Below are positions 9,635 to 16,761 of a DNA stretch of 22,975 bases, in pieces. This stretch comes from an uncultured bacterium (GTDB lineage: Bacteria; Lernaellota; Lernaellaia; Lernaellales; Lernaellaceae). Location of the stretch: assembly GCA_964534375.1 (NCBI GenBank), contig CAZHPN010000057.1, positions 8,961 through 31,935 of the forward strand. The letters run 5' to 3'. The first letter of the stretch is position 1; each line of letters starts with the position of its first letter. A program made the translations under genes and the position numbers. The notes beneath the pieces are model-generated. The model was not told the DNA's origin, ran no database searches, and saw only the letters and a program-made list of their open reading frames with translations.

Positions 9635-9743
9635 CAAGACAACTTGAGTCCACGGGCGGACACGCGAAATTTGGCGAGGCGCAGGTCGGCAATTCCAGCC
9701 TTTCCCTGTCAATCAAGAGCGGGAAGAAGGAGCGAGGAAGCGA

Positions 9744-10400
9744 ATGACGCAACGGTCGTATATTAAGACTGCGGCGGCGCCGGTGGTCGAGGAAAGCAAC
9801 GACGCCGGCACGGCGCTCGACGATCCCGGGGTCGACAAAGACGCGCTGGCGCGGCTGATGACGACGGGCGAACTGTTGCTCATCCGCGACAATGCCGCGG
9901 GGAAGGGGCAGATGATCACCGGCGGCATCCGGATCGACCGCCCGGTCGAAACCGTGTACGGCACGATCACCGATTACACGCACTACACGCAGTTCATGCC
10001 GAGCACCGAGGAATGCGAGGTCCTGGCGACGAACGGCGCGGTCCAGGACATTCGCTACGTCATCAAATTCAAGTTCCTGATTTTCAGTTGGTCGGTCGAG
10101 TACGTCTGGCGCCACATCTTCAAGCCGTGCCAGGAAATCACCTGGCGGCTGCTCTCGAGCAAGGGCGGCAAGATCCGCGAAGTGATCGGCTCCTGGCGGC
10201 TGTACCCGATCGACGACGGCCGGCGAACCGCCGCGTTTTACTCGATCTATTCCGACATTTCCAACGTCGTCCCCGGCCTGAGCAAGTACCTGGCGCGGGA
10301 CACGAGCCTCGAAGCCGCGGTCAACCTCAGCGCGTGCATCATGGTGCTGCGCGCCGTGAAACAGCGCACCGAAAACCCCGCCTGGCGGCAGACGAAATAG
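9744..10400 (+). CDS. SRPBCC/START-fold (polyketide cyclase/dehydrase, lipid-binding) protein
   Basis: IDRPVETVYGTITDYTHYTQFMPS...ITWRL...GSWRLYP pattern with a long C-terminal helix; purine-rich SD upstream; no signal peptide. Confidence 0.82.
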   Translation: MTQRSYIKTAAAPVVEESNDAGTALDDPGVDKDALARLMTTGELLLIRDNAAGKGQMITGGIRIDRPVETVYGTITDYTHYTQFMPSTEECEVLATNGAVQDIRYVIKFKFLIFSWSVEYVWRHIFKPCQEITWRLLSSKGGKIREVIGSWRLYPIDDGRRTAAFYSIYSDISNVVPGLSKYLARDTSLEAAVNLSACIMVLRAVKQRTENPAWRQTK

Positions 10401-10564
10401 GCCGGACCGCCGTGGCCGCCGCGCCGCCGCCGGCCGTGCGGCGGGATCCGTGCGCCGACGCGAACTTGACGGCGAGGTCCGGCGAAGCTAGCTATTAGAG
10501 AGTTGGTTATCTTTCCGTGACGCACGCGCGCGTTCGGAAACGGATCGCCAGCGGAGGTGTGGCC

Positions 10565-11260
10565 ATGAAACGCATCGTGTGGATCTCGTTGCTGCTTACG
10601 ACGCTGGCGCTGGCCGCCGGCGCGCTCATCACCTGCGGCTCCGGCAGCACCGTCGGCGTCGCGCGCCTGGCCGACGATGACAACGATACCGTCGACGACG
10701 ACACGGTTCCCGCAGACGACGACGATGACGACAACGACAACAACGACGCCTCGCCGGACGACGATGCCTCGCCGACCGACGACGATGACGACGACAACGA
10801 CGACTCCTCTCCGGACGATGACGATAACGACAATGACGACTCTTCGCCGGACGACGATGACGACGACAACGACGACTCCTCCGCGGACGATGACGATAAC
10901 GACAATGACGACAGCTCGCCGGATGACGACGACAACGACAATGACGACGACAACGACAATGACAATGACGACAGCTCGCCCGACGATGACGCGTCGCCGG
11001 CGGACGATGACGCCGACGCAACCGGCGCCTGTTGCGGGGATGTGGAGGGATGCGTCGACAACGAAACGCAAGCCGTGTGCGCCAACGCAAACGGCTACTG
11101 GTGGGAAGGGCAGCCCTGCTCTTCGAACGTCTGTTCGACGACCGCGGCTTGCTGTCTCGTCGGCGTTTGCCTCGGCAATTACACATACAACGTTTGTGTT
11201 GTGGATGGCGGCACGTGGATGTACGGTCAAACCTGCGCCGAGAATCCATGCCCGATGTAA
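10565..11260 (+). CDS. Putative lipoprotein with long Asp/Asn tandem-repeat stalk and two 6-Cys modules
   Basis: GGAGGT SD before ATG 10565; hydrophobic signal ending LITC; about 115 aa D/N/S/P repeat; C-terminal modules TGACC..C..C..GYW..G.PC..C and AACC..C..C..GGTW..GQTC..PC. Confidence 0.8.
   Translation: MKRIVWISLLLTTLALAAGALITCGSGSTVGVARLADDDNDTVDDDTVPADDDDDDNDNNDASPDDDASPTDDDDDDNDDSSPDDDDNDNDDSSPDDDDDDNDDSSADDDDNDNDDSSPDDDDNDNDDDNDNDNDDSSPDDDASPADDDADATGACCGDVEGCVDNETQAVCANANGYWWEGQPCSSNVCSTTAACCLVGVCLGNYTYNVCVVDGGTWMYGQTCAENPCPM
10778..10921 (+). repeat. 36-bp coding tandem repeat x4 arranged as a 72-bp A-B-A-B unit
   Basis: Units start at 10778, 10814, 10850 and 10886 and encode DDDDDDNDDSSP / DDDDNDNDDSSP / DDDDDDNDDSSA / DDDDNDNDDSSP. 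Units 1 and 3 share their first 32 nt; units 2 and 4 share their first 27 nt. Confidence 0.92.
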
Positions 11261-11470
11261 GCGGCGCGCCGGGTCGGCGACGCTGAAAACGAGGCCGGTC
11301 GAGGCCGCCGGCGTGTGCGGCCGCGGCACGCAACGGTCGCGGGCATTTCGACTTTCGGCATAACCGTCGCGGCAAGGGAATCCACCAGCTCAGCCGTGGC
11401 GCGCCCGGCGATGAGCTAGGAAACCCGCCAACGCCGCCGCACTACGATCGTTCGATTTCTTGTCTTGGCG

Positions 11471-11635
11471 CAAAGATCTTTCGGGCAGCCGCAGATTGCG
11501 CCGATTTACGCTGATGCACGAGCCGCGAATGGCGTTCGACAGGGCGGAACAGGTCATGGCCCGTGCCGTGTCGGCGGCCATCTGCGTTCATCTGGGGCTG
11601 GAAAACCTTTGGTTGCGGCCCCGAGGGCTGCGCTG
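11471..11635. repeat. Degenerate intergenic inverted repeat (REP/MITE-like) with about 10-nt periodic GCAGAT units
   Basis: Left arm CAGCCGCAGAT-TGCGCCGAT-TTACGCTGAT (11486-11515); right arm reverse complement CAGCCCCAGAT-GAACGCAGAT-GGCCGCCGA (11600-11571); flanks CAAAGATCTTTC / GAAAACCTTTG also pair; followed by the small hairpin GCGGCCC-CGA-GGGCTGC. Confidence 0.55.
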
Positions 11636-11799
11636 AGGACCTGTCGATTCCGTGAGCGTGCGCTACGGCTCGCAAGCGCGCCTCGCGCAACGCGAAAATA
11701 AACTTGAAAACACGGCCGCGTTGGCGTAGGTCTGAAGCGACGGCGCGTCATTCCGGGTCATTTCGGACTCGGCCGGGGCGCGTCGTCGGAGGCGCCGCT

Positions 11800-13320
11800 G
11801 TGAAACCCGCCAGTTCGAGTCGGTGGATATTGCTGGCGGCGGCGCTGCTCGCCGGCGCGATCACCTGCGGCGGATCGCCCACGCGCGGCCAGCCGGCGGC
11901 CGACGACGACGCGAGCCCGAATTTTTCGCCGAGCCTGAATTACGGCGTAACCGATTTCAATTATTACTCCGGGCCGGAATACCTGGCCGATCAGGAATTT
12001 CTCGCGAGCCACGTCGACCTGGCGATCATCGGCCAGGGCGACGCCCCGATGACCGCCGCGTGGCAGCAGATTCACGCCGACGGTCCGCGCGGCAAATGGC
12101 TCGATTGGCGGACGACGCACCTGTTCTACACCAACGACGTCGGCGGCACGTGCGCCGCGCCGACCCCCGGCGCCGCGAGTTCGGAGTACGCGCAAGACAC
12201 GCAGCGGTTGGCGGCGTTCTTGGCCGCCAATCCGCAATACGGCGACGGCGAGAGCTGCTTCCTGCACGCGCAAAACGACGGCCGCATCCAGGCGACATGG
12301 CAGTGCGGCGGTTGCCAGGTGACGCTCCAGCAAAAGGGGCTGAGCGGCGGCGCCAAGGGCGTGCTGAAAGACGCGCGCCTCTGGACAATCGTTTACGACG
12401 GCTACACGTGGCTGTTCAACCTCGCGTCGCCGTGCGCGCAGGATCTGGCGGCGTGGCAGGCCGAGCAGTTCATCCAGCAGGGCCTGAGCGGCGAGGGGTA
12501 CGACAACCTGGGCAGCCCGACGGCCGACGGCTACTACCTGCCGGCCCTGCTCGACCCGATCGACATCGTCGAGTTGCCGGCGTCGGCGCAGACGTCGGTC
12601 GCCGCGGAAGACGGCTGGTATTACCCGACGGTCGCCGCGTTCCTGACCGCGGTGCGCGACAAGGCGCGCGCGGTCAACCCAGGCGCCACGATCGTCTTCA
12701 ACGGCGCGGCGTATTGCAGTTGGGACGGCTCGACGGCGCAGCAGGCCGCGCTGGCGAACGAGGGCGTCGGCGTCTGGTGCGAAAACGCGCTGCAGGTTCC
12801 GTCGGAAGGTCCGCTCGGCACGGCCGATCGGTTGCAGGCGCTGATCGGCTTTTCGCAAGCGCTGGCCGCCAAGGGCAGTTTCCTGGCGTTGGAAACGTTT
12901 TACAACGACGGCGCCAATCCGACCGCGCCGGAAATCATGTTTTTTCTGGCCGCGTACTACAACTTCAAGAATGGTCAGGACGCGCTGATCGTCCGGCCGT
13001 CCTGGAGCCCGTACGAGCCGTTTATGGATACGTCGTGGTTCGCGGTGTTCGGCCGCGACGTCGGCCAACCCCTGGGGCCGTCGACCGCCGGCGCGAACGG
13101 CGTTTTCTCGCGCGCCTACCGGAATTCGCTCGGCCAGACAATTCTCGTCCTCGTGCGCGCCGACGGGACCAACCCGGCCGTGCCCGTGGCCTTGGCCGCC
13201 GATTATTGCAGCGTCGGCGCCGACAACACGCTGACGCCGCTCAATGCCGGCACGCTGACGATGAACAGCGGCGACGGGTATATCCTCATTGAGCGAGGCA
13301 CGGGCGGCTGCAACTGCTGA
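11800..13320 (+). CDS. Putative glycoside hydrolase lipoprotein (GHL15-like TIM barrel)
   Basis: GGAGG SD 11788-11792 before GTG 11800; signal ending AITC; GLSGEGYDN motif and C-terminal DVGQPLGP...GVFSRAY...LVLVR resemble the hypothetical glycosyl hydrolase family GHL15. Family assignment is by recall. Confidence 0.55.
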   Translation: MKPASSSRWILLAAALLAGAITCGGSPTRGQPAADDDASPNFSPSLNYGVTDFNYYSGPEYLADQEFLASHVDLAIIGQGDAPMTAAWQQIHADGPRGKWLDWRTTHLFYTNDVGGTCAAPTPGAASSEYAQDTQRLAAFLAANPQYGDGESCFLHAQNDGRIQATWQCGGCQVTLQQKGLSGGAKGVLKDARLWTIVYDGYTWLFNLASPCAQDLAAWQAEQFIQQGLSGEGYDNLGSPTADGYYLPALLDPIDIVELPASAQTSVAAEDGWYYPTVAAFLTAVRDKARAVNPGATIVFNGAAYCSWDGSTAQQAALANEGVGVWCENALQVPSEGPLGTADRLQALIGFSQALAAKGSFLALETFYNDGANPTAPEIMFFLAAYYNFKNGQDALIVRPSWSPYEPFMDTSWFAVFGRDVGQPLGPSTAGANGVFSRAYRNSLGQTILVLVRADGTNPAVPVALAADYCSVGADNTLTPLNAGTLTMNSGDGYILIERGTGGCNC

Positions 13321-13323
13321 GTC

Positions 13324-13738
13324 GCTTGCAAAAAAATACGGGATTCGACAAGCAGCGTCACGCGCCGACCTCTCCCCGGAAATTTCGGTTCCCGAAATTT
13401 CCCGCCCCGACACCGGGGGGCGGGCGGGCGGGAGAATTCCGGACACACGATTTCACTCGCTCCTGGTCCGCCGGCGCCCGCCGCGAAATCACGTCCTGCC
13501 GTATCATGCGGCGAACCGACCGCTTCCGCGTGAGCTCCACAGGCGGAATCGCCGCCGTCCCGCATCCTCCGCGTCGCCGCGGACCCCGCGGTCGCTTGCG
13601 CCTTCCCCTTGCGCCAAGTCGCCGCCGATCGCGGCCCTTGCCGCCCCAACCGCGTCGGACCCCGCAGTTGATGCGGGCTTCGGCGGATTTCGGCGCCTCG
13701 CGCGGCGACCGCCCACGCAAGGGAGAGTTTCTGCAAGC
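13324..13738. mobile_element. Candidate non-autonomous element (MITE-like) with 11-bp imperfect terminal inverted repeats
   Basis: GCTTGCAAAAA (13324-13334) versus TTTCTGCAAGC (13728-13738), one mismatch; GC-rich hairpin-rich interior with no credible CDS. Confidence 0.35.
13378..13424. terminator. Two adjacent hairpins downstream of the GHL15-like gene
   Basis: Perfect 11-bp stem GGAAATTTCGG-TTC-CCGAAATTTCC (13378-13402) and CCCGCCCC...GGGGCGGG (13401-13424). No U-tract; may be part of a repeat element instead. Confidence 0.4.
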
Positions 13739-13882
13739 TTTTTTTCGATCCAATAAATGATGTTTTTGAGGCGAGGTTGCGTGGCCGCTTGTGCTGTATG
13801 GCTCCTCGTTTAAGCAGTCGTAACGAACGTTACGCCATTTTCTCGAAGGGTTAAGTATTGTGTCCCCGAAATTCCGTGCGGT

Positions 13883-15052
13883 TCATTTTGCTGGGCCGTA
13901 ATGATAGATCGTGCCGCCAAACCCGACCGCGAAAACGTCCGACGACGAGCTTCCCCAAACGCCATCGAATTGCGGCGTCGTTCCGCTCGACATTTCCGAC
14001 CACGAGGCGCCGTCATAATGAAGAACTTTTGGTTCGCCCACGACAAATACATCAGAGGCCGAACTCCCCCACACATCCAAAGGACAACACTCCGTAGATC
14101 CGCTCGTCACTTCCGACCACGAGGAGCCATCGTAGCGATAAATCAATTCCTTGGGGTAATTAGGATTATCCAACTTCGCGCCCACGGCGAGCACGTTTCC
14201 GCTTGAGCTTCCCCAAACGGCGCTCAACGACGCTTTTGTCCCGCTCAGGATCAACGACCATGAAGAACCGTCATAGCGCACGATCACGGGGTCGACAGTG
14301 CCGTCAACTTCCTCTGCGGCTCCAACTGCGAACGCGTCTGACGACGAGCTTCCCCAAATACCGCTCCATTCCGCGTAGGTTCCGCTCGACATTTCCGACC
14401 ATGATGTTCCGTCATATTGGTAAATATTGTCGTTGCCGACAGCGAACACATCCGAAGAAGAACTTCCCCACACTCCCCAAAAAGCGTTCGTCCATGGTGT
14501 GATCTCAACCATCGACCACCGGGAACCATCATAATGGAGGACCAGCGCGTAAAATGTATCCAGATCGCCGCCGACGACGAACACATCCTCACCGGAGGTT
14601 CCCCAAGCCCGGTACAATTCAGCGCCCGTCGTCGTCTGTTCCATGACCGACCACGAGGAACCCTCGTAGTGCAATATCACGCCTTGGAAACCATCGGACT
14701 CAACGCCAACGGCGAATACGTCGGAGGAGGAACTTCCCCAAACGCCGTGCAAATCGGCCGTCGTCCCGCTGCTCATCGGCGTCCAAACCATGTCGTCGTT
14801 GTCGTCGTTGTCGTCATCGGGAGTAAAATTGTCGTTGTCGTCGTCGTCCGGCGGCGAGGCGTCGTCATCATTGTCGTTGTCATTGTTGTCGTCATCGTCT
14901 GGCGTCGAATCATCGTCGTCGTCATCGTCGTCAGCGCGCGATTGGTCGTCGTCGATTCCGGAATTATCGTGGTCCGAATTGCTGTTTGCGCCATGGCACG
15001 CGGTCTGCAAAGCCGCTATTAATAGTACGAAAAAAAAAGCTGCTTTTTTCAT
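13883..15052 (-). CDS. Lipoprotein with Asp-rich linker and seven WGSSSSDVFAVG repeats (probable 7-bladed beta-propeller)
   Basis: Start MKKAAFFFVLLIAALQTAC at 15052; about 55-aa Asp stretch; seven repeats of (V/I/A)WGSSxxDVF(A/V)VG...(H/R)YDGSSWS. Confidence 0.85.
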   Translation of the reverse strand: MKKAAFFFVLLIAALQTACHGANSNSDHDNSGIDDDQSRADDDDDDDDSTPDDDDNNDNDNDDDASPPDDDDNDNFTPDDDNDDNDDMVWTPMSSGTTADLHGVWGSSSSDVFAVGVESDGFQGVILHYEGSSWSVMEQTTTGAELYRAWGTSGEDVFVVGGDLDTFYALVLHYDGSRWSMVEITPWTNAFWGVWGSSSSDVFAVGNDNIYQYDGTSWSEMSSGTYAEWSGIWGSSSSDAFAVGAAEEVDGTVDPVIVRYDGSSWSLILSGTKASLSAVWGSSSGNVLAVGAKLDNPNYPKELIYRYDGSSWSEVTSGSTECCPLDVWGSSASDVFVVGEPKVLHYDGASWSEMSSGTTPQFDGVWGSSSSDVFAVGFGGTIYHYGPAK

Positions 15053-15068
15053 CTTGCGACTCCTGCGA

Positions 15069-16667
15069 TTAGGGATTGCCCGGTGGCGAATCGGGTCCAT
15101 CCGGACGCGGCATCCATTGCACCAGTGGTGGCGTTTGGCTATAATCCGTCATGCGATAGGGAATTATTGATGGATAATCAAGCCAATAATGTTTCAACCA
15201 ATTCCAAGTATCTGTAAGATTGTCGCCATGCTCCACATTGAATTGGAAGAACGCCATGTTGTCGTGAATTGCGTCGGGCGGCCAGTCGGCCCCATATGCG
15301 CCTCTAGCGATCACGATTGCTCGATTTATTTCGAGAAAATAATTGTATGCCTTGTCGACGGGATCGGCCCCCTGCAACGCACCGTATCCAGTGTCCCTTA
15401 GACTTGGGTCAGCTCCCTCGTCCAGACCAACGGTCATAATTTTCGGGAACTTGCAGGCGTCACGGATCTTCTCGTACCAAAGTCCGGGGTTGGCTGCGAA
15501 ATCGGTAAGCAGCGTGAGATCGGTTGTTGGAAACTTGTCGCCGTTGGGATCGGAGTTATCGCCGATTGGCCAAATCGCGCCGTGGTCTCCGTATAAGGCA
15601 CCGTCTTTAATAAAAACATCCATACCGAAGGGAAAGCGGTAATCGGTACGCGGCATGAGCACGTGCCCGGCCGATGACAGTGCGGCGCCCGCCAGCCTTT
15701 CGGGCCACATCAACATATAATGGGATACGAATTGGGCTCCGCCCGAGTGCCCGTAAATCATAAATGTCTCTTCGACCGGATCGCCGGCTGCGGCGAACGC
15801 TTGTTGAAATTGATCAATGATATTATTTAAGACGAGATCTGACCGATACGGGTCGAGCCAACCCACTGTTTGATAGAAGTCGGTGAGATTGAATTGAAAA
15901 TCCGCCACCCGATCCTGAAACACGACGGGTGGATAATTCAAGAATTCAAAAAGGAATGCGCAGTCTTCCTGCGAACCCTGTGCCACCCACCACGGCCGGT
16001 AAGGAAGATATGCCGGTGGATCTGAACCGAGTTTGAGCGGTCCGTACCACTGGTCGAAACAAGGAACGATGATGATCGTGTTGTTCAGATCAGCAAAAGA
16101 CTTTCCGATTAAGGGGTTCTGACTGTCGAGATTATCGTAGTTTATGTCGATGAGCCCCATGTTTTGAATATGAACTGCACCGCCTCTATAGTGCTCCGCC
16201 CCGGCCCCGGGGATGCCAACGACAAACCGCCGTGGTCTGGCGCCGCTCCCCGGCGCCCCTTGCTGCGCGACCGAACCACCTCCAGCGGAGCCCTTTGTCG
16301 AATCGAGGCGCTGTGGCACGTAGTAATATACGACAACATTACCGAGCGTTTGGGATTCAAATATCGCCCGATGCCACCATGGCTCGCTCGTCCCGACCCA
16401 CTGGGTCGGCAGGAAATTCTGAGGTTTCGTGTTGGGCGTCGTGTCGATCGGGCCCACGGGATAGAAATCGACTGTAGGCGCAGGACCGGCCGGCACGTAT
16501 CGACTGTTCCCATTCTTGGCCCGGCGCGCGATTTCGTCGGCGTCCCTTTGAGGCGATAGAGCTGGCACGTACCGCGCGCGGGGATGCTGTTCGAGATATT
16601 TCCGTTCCGCGGGAGTAAGGGCAGGCGGCCGCGCCGGGACATATTTCTTCAGTTCGAAGTCGCTCAT
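15069..16667 (-). CDS. Alpha/beta-fold serine hydrolase with an N-terminal extension
   Basis: GGAGAG SD before ATG 16667; nucleophile elbow IYGHSGGAQF, then WPERLAGAALSSAG, candidate acid in VGLDE and His in VEHG. No signal peptide. Confidence 0.75.
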   Translation of the reverse strand: MSDFELKKYVPARPPALTPAERKYLEQHPRARYVPALSPQRDADEIARRAKNGNSRYVPAGPAPTVDFYPVGPIDTTPNTKPQNFLPTQWVGTSEPWWHRAIFESQTLGNVVVYYYVPQRLDSTKGSAGGGSVAQQGAPGSGARPRRFVVGIPGAGAEHYRGGAVHIQNMGLIDINYDNLDSQNPLIGKSFADLNNTIIIVPCFDQWYGPLKLGSDPPAYLPYRPWWVAQGSQEDCAFLFEFLNYPPVVFQDRVADFQFNLTDFYQTVGWLDPYRSDLVLNNIIDQFQQAFAAAGDPVEETFMIYGHSGGAQFVSHYMLMWPERLAGAALSSAGHVLMPRTDYRFPFGMDVFIKDGALYGDHGAIWPIGDNSDPNGDKFPTTDLTLLTDFAANPGLWYEKIRDACKFPKIMTVGLDEGADPSLRDTGYGALQGADPVDKAYNYFLEINRAIVIARGAYGADWPPDAIHDNMAFFQFNVEHGDNLTDTWNWLKHYWLDYPSIIPYRMTDYSQTPPLVQWMPRPDGPDSPPGNP

Positions 16668-16761
16668 TTCAAATCTCTCCATTTCGCAAAACAGAAGGCC
16701 GGTCGCCATGGCAAATCAAGACTGCGCCGGAAACCGGCCCTCGTCAAGAATCAACGTCGTT

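Noticed and set aside
10465..10495. TTGACG with 17-nt spacer then TAGCTA as a promoter (similarly TTGAAA...TAGGTC near 11704-11732)
   Set aside because: The -10 hexamers lack the conserved final T at proper spacing; too weak to list.
10676..11020. GAC-rich tandem repeats as a non-coding satellite or CRISPR
   Set aside because: In frame within a gene with an SD and signal peptide; no unique spacers.
97..13446. Other long overlapping ORFs (e.g. 97-1653, 4221-5693, 4333-5613, 11758-13446, 11823-13292)
   Set aside because: Alternate-frame or antisense ORFs over recognised genes; composition typical of high-GC frame artefacts.
13340..13545. GGATTCGAC and later CTCCAC resembling tmRNA ends
   Set aside because: No GGGG 5' acceptor stem upstream and no T-arm or CCA 3' end at a suitable distance.
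13900..14790. Recurring DNA motifs such as TTCCGCTCGACATTTCCGACCA and GAGCTTCCCCAAA that could suggest a CRISPR array
   Set aside because: They are the coding repeats of the propeller protein; degenerate, irregularly spaced, and no cas genes nearby.
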